Origin: an uncultured Bacteroidota bacterium
GTDB lineage: Bacteria; Bacteroidota; Bacteroidia; Chitinophagales; Chitinophagaceae
Direction: 5' to 3'
Assembly: GCA_963697545.1 (NCBI GenBank)
Contig: CAVOOL010000022.1
Coordinates: forward strand, 12,979 to 76,978
Length of the DNA stretch: 64,000 nucleotides
Shown here: piece after piece, positions 30,079 through 40,243 of the stretch
How positions within the stretch are numbered: the first letter of the stretch is position 1
Layout: each line of letters opens with the position of its first letter
Notes under the pieces: model-generated
Databases searched by the model: none
Told to the model about the DNA's origin: nothing
Seen by the model: the letters and a program-made list of their open reading frames with translations, nothing else
Translations under genes and position numbers: made by a program

Positions 30079-30894
30079 TTACTTGCTTGCAAGATCGTTA
30101 TACAGTTGTAAATAGTCTGTTAAATCAGACTCCGCATTATAAGGCAAGGTTTTTTTGCCGCGGACTTTCGAAAACTCATCTACCAGTTTCTTATCAATCT
30201 TCTCTGCTCCAAAAGTAATCGCATCAGCATACGTTGCACCACCACGGAACATCGCAATGTTGTTTGCCTCTTTATAAGGTTCCAGGTCTTTTTCTTTTAT
30301 AGAAGGATGGATCAGTGCTTTTTGCAAAAAGTCGGAACCGAGTTTTTCTTTGAACGTAGTTTGCCCGATCGTAAATACAATTTTACTGTGCGCAAACACG
30401 GGTTCTTTTTTGTAAACGGTTTTTAAATAAGCAGGAATCAGGCCTGTCATCCAGCCGCTGCAGTGAATAATATCAGGAGGCCATCCAAATTTTTTCACTG
30501 TTTCCAGGGCGCCTTTGCAAAAGAAAATCGTTCTTAAGCCATTATCGTCATACCATTTCTCATTTTCATCAGTGAAAATGTATTTTCTTTTAAAAAGATC
30601 TTCATTATCTAAAAAATATACCTGCAAGCGGGCATTGGGTAAAGACGCCACTTTAATTTGCAGGGGAAAATCTTCATTGTCAATGGAAACGTTAATACCC
30701 GAAAGACGCACCACTTCGTGCAGGCGATGACGGCGTTCATTGATGGCTCCAAAGCGGGGCATAATGCACCGGACTTCAAAACCACTATCGTTGGATTTTA
30801 TTGCCAGCTTGTTTACAACTTCTGAAAATTCCGTCAATTCGAGATAGGGAGACATTTCATTGGCAATGAATAAAATTCTTTTCTTTGCTGACAT
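30079..30894 (-). CDS. Glycogen/starch synthase N-terminal-domain-only protein (GT5-like)
   Basis: RILFIANEMSP, MPRFG, VYFLDN and DIIHC motifs; no C-terminal GT1 domain. Confidence 0.85.
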   Translation of the reverse strand: MSAKKRILFIANEMSPYLELTEFSEVVNKLAIKSNDSGFEVRCIMPRFGAINERRHRLHEVVRLSGINVSIDNEDFPLQIKVASLPNARLQVYFLDNEDLFKRKYIFTDENEKWYDDNGLRTIFFCKGALETVKKFGWPPDIIHCSGWMTGLIPAYLKTVYKKEPVFAHSKIVFTIGQTTFKEKLGSDFLQKALIHPSIKEKDLEPYKEANNIAMFRGGATYADAITFGAEKIDKKLVDEFSKVRGKKTLPYNAESDLTDYLQLYNDLASK

Positions 30895-30982
30895 TGTTAC
30901 CGTTTTAAACTCAGGAAAAAGGTGTGCAAAGTTAACCATTTCTTGTTAAACCCGGCATTCATCGTTTCTGTAATTACCCAGT

Positions 30983-31825
30983 ATGATCATTTTTAAGCAG
31001 GCAAAACAACTGACCCAGCACTTAGAACAGCAAAGAAAAAATGATAAAAAAACGGGCTTTGTGCCCACTATGGGCGCCTTGCATAAGGGCCATCTTTCGC
31101 TTATTGAAGCATCTAAGCCGGCTAACGGCCTAACGGTTTGCAGCATATTTGTAAACCCTACACAATTCAATAATCCTGAGGATTTTAAACACTATCCGAT
31201 AACCATAGAAAAAGATATAGAACAATTAATTACCGCAGGCTGCGACATACTTTTTCTGCCCCCGGTTGAAGAGATTTATCCGCCCGGCCATGAAAAAAAA
31301 CAATTCGACCTGGGGGCTATTGAAAACAGGCTGGAAGGCTTTTATCGTCCAGGTCATTTCCAGGGAGTTTGCGAGGTGGTGGACAAGATGTTGGAAATTA
31401 TTAATCCAAACAATCTGTATATGGGGCAAAAGGATTTTCAGCAATGCATGGTAGTAAAAAAACTATTGGAACTAACCGGAAAAGACGAGCGGATTCGGTT
31501 AAACATCATTCCTACAATGAGGGAAGCCGACGGTCTTGCCATGAGCAGCCGCAACCTCCGGTTAAACAGCGCAGAAAAAAATACAGCAACTGCTATTTAT
31601 AAAGAACTGGAACTCATTAAAGCCAATTTCCATTCTCAGCCCTTCGATCAATTAAAACAGTCGGCTAAAGTACATTTGGAAGATAAAGGTTTTGTGGTGG
31701 ATTATGTGGAAATAGCAAACAGGAACGATCTGGCTCCCGCACTAAATTCGGATGAACCCTGTGTGGCTTTAATTGCTGCCACCCTTGGCCAAATCCGTTT
31801 AATAGATAATCTTCTTTTGAATTAA
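30983..31825 (+). CDS. panC: Pantoate--beta-alanine ligase
   Basis: [42 protein letters not shown] and RLIDN motifs. Confidence 0.97.
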   Translation: MIIFKQAKQLTQHLEQQRKNDKKTGFVPTMGALHKGHLSLIEASKPANGLTVCSIFVNPTQFNNPEDFKHYPITIEKDIEQLITAGCDILFLPPVEEIYPPGHEKKQFDLGAIENRLEGFYRPGHFQGVCEVVDKMLEIINPNNLYMGQKDFQQCMVVKKLLELTGKDERIRLNIIPTMREADGLAMSSRNLRLNSAEKNTATAIYKELELIKANFHSQPFDQLKQSAKVHLEDKGFVVDYVEIANRNDLAPALNSDEPCVALIAATLGQIRLIDNLLLN

Positions 31826-31863
31826 CAAAGACTTCACGTCCTTCAATTACCTTTGCACCCGCT

Positions 31864-32208
31864 ATGAATATCGCAGTATTAAAATCAAAGGTTCACCGCG
31901 CCGTTATTACCGAAGCAAACTTGCATTATGTAGGCAGCCTCACACTTGACCAGGACATTATGGATGCAGCCAACATGATCGAAAATGAGAAGGTGACGAT
32001 CGTAAATGTCAATAATGGCGAACGCCTGGATACCTATCTTATCAAGGGAAAACGGGGCTCCGGTGTTTGCTGCCTTAATGGCCCTGCCGCCCGTAAAGGA
32101 ATGGTTGGCGATGTTGTGGTAATTATTTCCTACGCTTCCATGTCATTCGAAGAAGCAAAAAACTTCAAGCCCTGGATTGTCTTTCCAAAGGAAGGAAACA
32201 GGCTCTGA
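31864..32208 (+). CDS. panD: Aspartate 1-decarboxylase
   Basis: KSKVHRA, YVGS (cleavage site) and CLNGPAAR motifs. Confidence 0.97.
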   Translation: MNIAVLKSKVHRAVITEANLHYVGSLTLDQDIMDAANMIENEKVTIVNVNNGERLDTYLIKGKRGSGVCCLNGPAARKGMVGDVVVIISYASMSFEEAKNFKPWIVFPKEGNRL

Positions 32209-32475
32209 AAAATATTGAACGGGAACAGGAGTCTTGAATAAAAGAAGGTAAATCATCCGCTTTATTTCTGGTAGTTGATCAATAAATAATTTTACTACTC
32301 AATGTTGCGGTGAGGTGTAATTTCCTGCAACAGTCTCTCCTTTCGCCGCATTAAAATTTACCATTGTACATGAGGCAACCTTACTAACAAAACTCAGGCT
32401 GTACTATCTTTTCGGATTGTTCCGCACTTGTTCTTATGGCCAATATTTAATATTCCTTCGGTATCTTCGAACGGC

Positions 32476-33528
32476 ATGAAGAAGTCCATTCTTACCATAC
32501 TTCAATATACTTTTTTCCTGGGACTGGGAATACTGTTTGTCTGGCTTTCCATCAAGAATATCAACGAGTCGCAGTGGGAGCAAATTAAAGATGCCCTGCG
32601 CAGGGCAAAACACTGGCTGATCATACCGGTAATTGGTTTTTTGCTTTTGAGCCATTACAGCAGGGCATTGCGTTGGAAAATATTAATGGAGCCGATGGGC
32701 TACCGGCCCAGTACCTTCAATACATTTGCGGCTGTAATGATCGGCTACCTGGTCAATGCCGGTGTGCCCCGTCTTGGCGAAGTGGTAAAATGCACCCTCC
32801 TCTCCCGCTATGAAAAAGTAAGGGCTGACCGGTTGGTTGGAACTATTGTAATGGAACGGGCTGTTGATCTGGTAAGCCTCATCATTATATTTATCCTGGC
32901 CTTAATTTTCCAGGGACATGTAATTGGTAATTATGTAAAGAATACTTTCGGTGATTTTTTTACGGATCAAACGGGTCATGCGTCTGTAAGAAAGATCATC
33001 ATTGTATTAACGGCGCTTGTTGTTTTCTTTACCATCGTTTATTTTTTACTAAAACGTTTTGGACACATTGATGCTGTTGGTAAAATTAAAAATGTAATTA
33101 AAGGTGTGCTGCATGGACTGAGCAGCATTCGTTTTATCAAACACAAAGGGCTCTTTCTTTTTCACTCCATACTTATCTGGACGCTGTATTTGGCAAGTAC
33201 TACCGTAGGCATTTATGCCCTGCAGGAAACCGAACATTTGGGCATTGGCGGCGGATTGACAACCTTGGCTGTCGGCAGTGTGGGAATGGTTTTAACCCCG
33301 GGTGGTATTGGCGCCTATCCTCTGCTGGTGGCAAAACTCATGGGCCTGTATGGCCTTGATGAGGATACGATCGGCAATGCCCTGGGATGGCTTTTATGGT
33401 CGGTGCAAACAATCATCGTGATTGGCGGCGGCGTCATTTTTTCCGGACTATTTTCTTATCACAATAAAAAACGACAAGCTCTTGAAACCCGGCAACAGTA
33501 TTCAGAACAAAATATTGACTCTAAGTGA
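32476..33528 (+). CDS. Lysylphosphatidylglycerol synthase TM (flippase-like) protein
   Basis: SRALRW, PRLGEVVKC, ERAVD and TPGGIGAY motifs; start taken as MKKS. Confidence 0.88.
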   Translation: MKKSILTILQYTFFLGLGILFVWLSIKNINESQWEQIKDALRRAKHWLIIPVIGFLLLSHYSRALRWKILMEPMGYRPSTFNTFAAVMIGYLVNAGVPRLGEVVKCTLLSRYEKVRADRLVGTIVMERAVDLVSLIIIFILALIFQGHVIGNYVKNTFGDFFTDQTGHASVRKIIIVLTALVVFFTIVYFLLKRFGHIDAVGKIKNVIKGVLHGLSSIRFIKHKGLFLFHSILIWTLYLASTTVGIYALQETEHLGIGGGLTTLAVGSVGMVLTPGGIGAYPLLVAKLMGLYGLDEDTIGNALGWLLWSVQTIIVIGGGVIFSGLFSYHNKKRQALETRQQYSEQNIDSK

Positions 33529-33973
33529 CCTGCAACGCAGAATAGCCCAGTGGCGGCTGCTTGGTAAAACCGTTGCGTTTACCAATGGTTGTTTCGACAT
33601 TTTGCATCCAGGACATATTGCTTCTTTGCTTGAAGCTTCCAGTCATGCCGATTACCTGGTAGTGGGATTGAACGCCGATGCTTCAGTAAAAGGTTTAAAA
33701 GGCGAAAACAGACCCGTGAATGATGAGCAATCAAGAGCCCTGATCCTGGCTTCTTTGGCAATGGTAGATGCCGTGGTGATTTTTTCCGAACCTACTCCAC
33801 TGGAGTTGATAAAAGCCATCCGGCCCGATGTGCTGGTAAAAGGAGGTGATTATAAAGTAGAAGATATTGCAGGTGCAAAGGAAGTGATAGCCTGGGGCGG
33901 ACAAGTCATTATCAATCCTATTGTAAAAGGATTTTCCACCACTTCCATTATTAACAAACTCCAAAATAAATAG
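33482..33973 (+). CDS. rfaE2: D-glycero-beta-D-manno-heptose 1-phosphate adenylyltransferase
   Basis: FTNGCFDILHPGH, GLNADASV, RP and KGGDY motifs; TTG start assumed. Confidence 0.9.
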   Translation: MKPGNSIQNKILTLSDLQRRIAQWRLLGKTVAFTNGCFDILHPGHIASLLEASSHADYLVVGLNADASVKGLKGENRPVNDEQSRALILASLAMVDAVVIFSEPTPLELIKAIRPDVLVKGGDYKVEDIAGAKEVIAWGGQVIINPIVKGFSTTSIINKLQNK

Positions 33974-34032
33974 TGGTCTAAAACTTGAGTACAGATGTTG
34001 CGTATATTTATCACAGATACGAAACATTCTAC

Positions 34033-36120
34033 ATGACAAATCCCAAACGCAAGACCATTCCAAGAGATATAAGCTGGCTTTCTTTCAATGCTCGTGTGTT
34101 GCAGGAGGCCGCTGATCCCAGTGTGCCGCTGCGTGAACGGATTCGTTTTCTGGGGATTTTTTCCAACAATCTTGATGAGTTTTTTCGTGTACGGGTGGCT
34201 ACCCTTAAACGCATGATCCAATACGGCAGCAAGGCCAAAATGCATTTGGAAATTAATCCCGAGAGTATCCTGGAAGAAATTCAAATCACCGTATTAAATC
34301 AGCAGAGTGAATTCGACCGCATTTGGGACGGAATTTTACAGGAATTAAGAGAACAGAAGATCTTTTTGATAACCGAAAAAGAACTGAATACTGAGCAAAA
34401 AGATTTTGTGCAGCGCTATTATGAAGAAGAAGTAAGTGCCAATGTTATTCCCCTCATGATTGAAAGCATCCAGGAACTACCCTTTCTCAGGGATAAATCT
34501 ATTTATCTTGGAGTAGTGATGTGGAAAAAGGAAAGTGCTTTAAAGAGAATGTATTCCATTATTGAAATTCCTACCCGGTTCATGAGCCGGTTTGTTCTTC
34601 TGCCTTCGCCCGACAATGAATGCCATATTATTTTGCTGGAAGATGTAATACGGTTCAACCTTCCCGAGATCTTCAGTTATTTTGGTTATGATCAGTATCA
34701 ATCGGCTGTATTTAAATTAACCCGGGATGCGGAAATTGATATTGATAATGATATTTCTACCACGCTCATTCAAAAAATTGAAAAGGGATTAAAAAACCGC
34801 CGCAAGGGAAAACCTGTTCGTTTTATTTATGATAAGGAAATGGACCCGGGCTTGCTGGAATACCTGATCCGGAAATTCAATCTTTCCAAAAGAGATAATA
34901 TCATTCCCGGCTCACGCATTCACAACTTCAGGCAGTTTATGGATTTTCCCAAAGAAGTGTTTCATAATGAAAGCAAAAGCCGCAAACCCTTCGACCATCC
35001 TTTATTAATTGAAAACCGGGTTACAGACGTGGTTATGCAACGGGATGTGATGCTGCACTTCCCCTATCATTCCTTTAATGCGGTTATCGATCTTTTGCGT
35101 GAAGCGGCTATTGATCCGGATGTGACCTCCATAAAAATAACAGCCTATCGTTTGGCACAGCAATCCAAGATCGTTAATGCATTGATCAATGCCGTTAGAA
35201 ATGGAAAGCAGGTAACGGTTATGCTGGAAGTAAGAGCCCGGTTTGATGAAGAAGCCAACCTGGCCTGGAAGGTGCGGCTGGAAGATGAAGGCGTAAAAGT
35301 TTTGATTGGCATTCCCAATATGAAGGTGCATGCCAAACTTTGTGTCATCCGAAAGCGGGTGCAGGATCGTATTGTTCAATACGGTTTTGTAAGCACAGGT
35401 AATTTAAATGAAGACACGGCAAAGGTGTATGCCGATCACTGCCTGCTCACGTCCAACAGAAATATACTGTCCGACGTGAACCGTATTTTTAATTATATAG
35501 AACATTATAAAACAGGCACGCATTTTTTAAAAGCCTGTTCCACCTTAATTCCAAGCCCGAACTTTGCAAGAAAGGAAATTGTAAAACTGATTCGTACGGA
35601 AATAAGAAATGCTCAAAAGAAAGGCCGCGGTATGATCACCGCCAAAATGAATTCTTTTTCGGATGATGAGCTCATTAATGAATTGTATGAAGCAGCAAGA
35701 TCCGGTGTTGAGGTCAATCTTATCATAAGAGGCATTTTTTGCATGTTCTCGGAAAATGAAAAATTTATTAAACCGGTCAGGGCCATCAGTATTGTAGATG
35801 AATACCTCGAGCATGCAAGGGTCTGGGTGTTCCATAACGGGGGAAAGGAAAAAATATTCATTTCATCAGCCGACTGGATGGTAAGAAATCTGGATCATCG
35901 TGTGGAAGCCACCTGCCCTGTTTTTGATGACCGGATCAAACAGGAGTTAAAAGATATCCTGGACATTCAACTGCACGATAATGTAAAAGCAAGGTGGCTG
36001 AACAATGATTTAAGCAATGAGTATGTAAGTACCGATGGAGAAAGAATACGTTCGCAGGTAGAAACCTATTTTTATTTACACCAAAAAATAGAAATTCCAG
36101 TTGAGATTAGCAGCAATTGA
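34033..36120 (+). CDS. ppk1: Polyphosphate kinase 1
   Basis: RDISWLSFNARVL, SNNLDEFF, LHFPYHSF, VHAKL and SSADWMVRNLDHRVE motifs. Confidence 0.97.
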   Translation: MTNPKRKTIPRDISWLSFNARVLQEAADPSVPLRERIRFLGIFSNNLDEFFRVRVATLKRMIQYGSKAKMHLEINPESILEEIQITVLNQQSEFDRIWDGILQELREQKIFLITEKELNTEQKDFVQRYYEEEVSANVIPLMIESIQELPFLRDKSIYLGVVMWKKESALKRMYSIIEIPTRFMSRFVLLPSPDNECHIILLEDVIRFNLPEIFSYFGYDQYQSAVFKLTRDAEIDIDNDISTTLIQKIEKGLKNRRKGKPVRFIYDKEMDPGLLEYLIRKFNLSKRDNIIPGSRIHNFRQFMDFPKEVFHNESKSRKPFDHPLLIENRVTDVVMQRDVMLHFPYHSFNAVIDLLREAAIDPDVTSIKITAYRLAQQSKIVNALINAVRNGKQVTVMLEVRARFDEEANLAWKVRLEDEGVKVLIGIPNMKVHAKLCVIRKRVQDRIVQYGFVSTGNLNEDTAKVYADHCLLTSNRNILSDVNRIFNYIEHYKTGTHFLKACSTLIPSPNFARKEIVKLIRTEIRNAQKKGRGMITAKMNSFSDDELINELYEAARSGVEVNLIIRGIFCMFSENEKFIKPVRAISIVDEYLEHARVWVFHNGGKEKIFISSADWMVRNLDHRVEATCPVFDDRIKQELKDILDIQLHDNVKARWLNNDLSNEYVSTDGERIRSQVETYFYLHQKIEIPVEISSN

Positions 36121-36995
36121 TATAGGAAGCAACGCCGCCCGTTTATTAATTAACGATGTGATTATCGGCCCGCAGGGGCGGCCTGAGTTTGTAAAGCTGA
36201 CACTGGTACGGGTTCCCTTGCGACTGGGCTTTGATGTATTTGAACGCGGCGAGATCTCAAGGGAAAAAGAAGAAATGCTTGTTAAAACCATTAAATCGTA
36301 CAAGCTTCTTATTGATGTTTACAATGTAAAGAATTATATCACGGCCGCCACCTCTGCCATGCGTGACGCTGCTAATGCAAAGCAAATCCTGCAGCATGTA
36401 CAAAAAGGAAACCGGCATAGATATTAAAGTTATCAGCGGCGAAGACGAGGCTTCTTACATTTATGAAAACCACGTAGCAGAAAATTTAAGCAACCAGGAA
36501 TCCTATCTCTATATAGATGTGGGCGGCGGCAGCACAGAACTTACTTTTTTTAGCGATGGAAAGCTGGCTGCCAAACGGTCCTTCAATATCGGTACCATCA
36601 GGCTTTTAAAAAACCAGGTAACGGAAGAGAACTGGAATGAAATGAAAATCTTCATCAAGGAAAGAAGGACAGGTTTCCATCATATTACAGCGATTGGTTC
36701 GGGCGGCAACATCAATAAAGTGTTTTCACTTTCCAAGCGCAAGGAAGGCAAACCCCTGACGCTGGATTTGCTCCGGGATTATTATAAAGAGTTCAGCAGT
36801 CTTTCCCTGGCACAACGCATTACTCTGTATCGCCTTCGCGAAGACCGGGCAGATGTCATTGTGCCTGCGCTGCTCATTTATATCAATGTCATGCGCTGGG
36901 CCGATGCAGGTGAAATTTTTGTTCCAAAGATTGGCCTGGCCGATGGGCTGATTCATATTTTATATGATAGAGTGAAGCATGCAAAGCATGTGTAA
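36101..36995 (+). CDS. ppx: Exopolyphosphatase (Ppx/GppA family), frameshift near 36410
   Basis: AAIDIGSNAARL, ATSAMR, DVGGGSTE and RADVI motifs. Confidence 0.9.
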
Positions 36996-37035
36996 AGAAA
37001 GTATGTAACAAGCATCGTCTCTTTGTTCATCGTCT

Positions 37036-37372
37036 GTTGCGTCGCACTCTTGTACGTTCGGTAATGCTAATGGGCAAGAGAAAATGAACCACAGCGAACA
37101 CAGAGGAGCACAGAGATTTAAAACATGTTCTCTCGCCGTGTTCTCCGTGTCCGCTGTGGTTAAAAATTGGCTACCAAACATCCATAACAACCTTTGCTAA
37201 GGGTAAGACATTCCATTTCTTCAAGAAATGGAATGTCTCTTTTAAAATTTCTGTGATCTCTGTGTACACCTCCGTGGCTCTCTGTGGGCCAAAAAAGATG
37301 AATAGAATTGTTGCAGTTGAAGAGTGCGACGCAACGAAAGCTAAATAGCAGCCATGCAGCTTAGTTCATAAA
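37036..37372. repeat. Composite palindromic repeat island
   Basis: Outward-facing AAGAGTGCGACGCAAC copies at 37036-37055 and 37316-37335; ACCACAG/CTGTGGT hairpin at 37087-37161; perfect 15-bp stem at 37206-37238. Confidence 0.85.
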
Positions 37373-37400
37373 TTCCTAACTTGCCCCTCAAATTTTATAA

Positions 37401-38219
37401 ATGAGCGCCAATACTCCGGAGGTAAAACGGATTACCACCAACACACTGCAAAAGATGAAAGCATCCGGAACAAAAATTTCGATGCTTACCGCTTATGATT
37501 TTTCTTTCGCCGGTTTGTTTGATGCCGCAGGCATTGATGTTCTTCTGGTTGGGGATTCTGCGTCCAACGTCATGGCCGGACATGAAACCACGCTTCCCAT
37601 TACCTTAGACCAGATGATCTATCATGCTTCTTCCGTTATCCGTGGCGTCAAGCGCTGCCTGGTAGTCGTGGACCTGCCGTTCGGTTCTTACCAATCAAAT
37701 AGCGATATAGCCCTGGCTTCTGCCGTTCGTATTATGAAAGAAACGGGAGCCCATGCCGTTAAACTGGAAGGCGGGGAAGAGATATTGGAATCGGTACGAA
37801 AAATTATAGGCGCTGGTATCCCGGTAATGGCGCATTTGGGATTAACGCCCCAATCTATTTATAAATTTGGTACCTATAATGTTCGGGCAAAAGAAGAAGC
37901 CGAAGCCAACAAATTGCGCAAGGATGCGAAACTTTTGGAAGAAACGGGTTGCTTCGCTGTGGTGCTGGAAAAAATTCCTGCCAACCTGGCTAAAGAAGTT
38001 TCTGAAAGCCTGCACATTCCTACCATTGGCATTGGCGCCGGTAAATATTGCGACGGGCAGGTATTGGTCATGCATGATATGTTAGGGATCAATACGGAAT
38101 TCAAGCCACGTTTTCTTCGCCAGTATTTAAATATTCATGAGCAGGCAACAAAAGCCGTGCAGCAGTATATTGACGATGTAAAATCAAACAACTTTCCCAG
38201 CGACGCCGAATCCTATTAA
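37401..38219 (+). CDS. panB: 3-methyl-2-oxobutanoate hydroxymethyltransferase
   Basis: [32 protein letters not shown] and GIGAG motifs. Confidence 0.97.
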   Translation: MSANTPEVKRITTNTLQKMKASGTKISMLTAYDFSFAGLFDAAGIDVLLVGDSASNVMAGHETTLPITLDQMIYHASSVIRGVKRCLVVVDLPFGSYQSNSDIALASAVRIMKETGAHAVKLEGGEEILESVRKIIGAGIPVMAHLGLTPQSIYKFGTYNVRAKEEAEANKLRKDAKLLEETGCFAVVLEKIPANLAKEVSESLHIPTIGIGAGKYCDGQVLVMHDMLGINTEFKPRFLRQYLNIHEQATKAVQQYIDDVKSNNFPSDAESY

Positions 38220-38267
38220 TCCTGCTTCGGGTTTGTGCCTTATTTTTGCGCCGATTTGAAAAAGGAT

Positions 38268-40236
38268 ATGAGAAATTTGATTGCAATAGGAACGCTTGGT
38301 TTTTTATTTTTAAAAGGCTTTACAACATTTGCACAGGAGCTTCCGTTGCAGGCCCGGGACAAAAATACTTCTGTTAACTCCGATCTTGACCCTGTCACCA
38401 TTACCGCTTCTTTAACACCGGAAAGGGTTTCAAGGACAGGCCGCAATGTGTATATCATTAAAGGAGAAAAATTTTATAACCTTCCCGTTCATTCCGTTGA
38501 TGAATTATTGAGATACATTCCCGGCGTGGAAGTGCAGGCCCGCGGCCCAATGGGTTCGCAAAGCGATATTGTTTTGCGTGGAGGAACGTTTCAACAGGTG
38601 CTGGTGATATTGGATGGCGTTCGCCTGAACGATGCCAACACGGGGCATTTCACCAGTTATATACCCATTGCCCCTGCCGAAATTGAACGGATAGAAGTTT
38701 TAAAAGGCGCTTCTTCTGCCATTTACGGCTCCGAAGCTGTAGGCGGGGTTATTCATATTGTAACAAAAGCATTTAGCGCAAAGCAGGGTGCTGCTTCCTC
38801 AAGTGCTATGGCGCAGCTAAGTGCCGGCGAATACGGATTGTTCAATGCCAGTGCCGGAGGCTTTGTTAATAATGGCAAAACCGCTGTTGGCTTTGGTGGT
38901 GCTTACCAACAATGCCACCGGACAACAACAAAGAGGCATCAAGGGATTTTTTCATAACCACACGGGTTCTGTTTCGGTAAATCATTTTTTTAATGAGCGC
39001 TGGCAATTAGCCCTTCGCTCCTCTTATGATGACCGGAAATTCGCCGCACAAAACTTCTACACCACCTTTGCTTCCGACACGGCGGATGAACAGGTAAAAA
39101 CCTTTTGGAATCAATTACAACTCACCTATAGTTCTGAAAAAAATAGTATCCGGTTGAATGCCGGTTATAAAAACCTGGATGACCGTTATGCCTTTAATGG
39201 AGCTTCTGCGCCCAATCAAAGTAAGAGTGATCTGTTCCAGGCCTTGTTGACCGACGAATGGAAGGTGCAGACAAAAACCACTCTTGTTTCAGGTGTGCAA
39301 TTCATTAATAAAAAGATCAGTTCCAACGACAGGGGCCATCATAATATTGACCAGGCAGCCGCCTTCGCTGTTTTAAATCAGCAACTGGGTGAAAACTTTT
39401 TTGTGTCGCCTGCTGCACGAATGGAATGGAATGAACGATCGGGCTGGGAATTTGTGCCGCAGATCAATTTGTCTTACCGGGAAGATCAACTGCAAGTAAG
39501 AGCAAGTGCTGGAAAAACCATACGGGACGCCGATTTTACAGAACGGTTCAACAATTATAATAAGAGCCTGGTAACCAGTGGACGAATTGGAAACCCTGAC
39601 CTGAATGCTGAACGGTCGTTTAGCTATGAAGCTGGAATGGATTATTTCGCAGCAACCAATTTAAAAATATCAGCCACTTTTTTTCAGCGTAATCATTCAA
39701 GATTGATTGACTACGTTACCACACCTTATAGCCAGATGCCCCGTAAGGAAAACTTATCTCCGGCCGGAACCTATGCCCTGGCAAAAAATATTTCTGAGGT
39801 AAATACAACCGGGGTTGAAACCGATATCCAGTTTTCAAAAGACCTGGGCGCAAAACAACAATTGTGGGCTACTGCCGGCTTTGTATGGCTCAGGAGCAAA
39901 AGCAGTGATACAATCCCGTCTTTTTATATTTCCTCTCATGCCCGGTACTTAGCTAATTTCAATGTTCAGTATTCGAATAAGTGGTTTTCGCTTAGTGTAA
40001 ATGGTTTGTATAAGGACCGTCAGCCTCAAACGGCTTCCGGCGCTATTGCAAAACTGTCTAAGGACTATTTTGTTTTGAATGCGAAAGCCGAAGGCTTTTT
40101 GGTACAAAATAAATTAAGTGCCTTTGTAGAAGTGGATAATTTGTTTAACAAAAATTACACTGATCTGTTGGGCTCTCAAATGCCCGGAAGATGGTTTATG
40201 GGCGGAATGAAAATATCTTTATCAAAATTAAAATAA
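38268..40236 (+). CDS. TonB-dependent receptor (BtuB-like), frameshift near 38890
   Basis: Plug (LILDG, IERIEVLKGASSAIYG) plus barrel ending DNLFNKNY...PGRWF. Confidence 0.88.
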
Positions 40237-40243
40237 GAAAATC

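Noticed and set aside
32208-32476. Gap after panD with a possible stem (32300-32352)
   Set aside because: The stem is bulged and unique in the window, with no convincing ORF or RNA family; not enough support
36960-37190. ORF containing VQECDAT, and similar ORFs at 60702-60890, 60877-61086 and 6149-6418
   Set aside because: Translations of the palindromic repeat elements, not credible genes
38219-38268. Cobalamin riboswitch before the BtuB-like receptor
   Set aside because: Only a 48-nt gap containing a promoter box; no room for one
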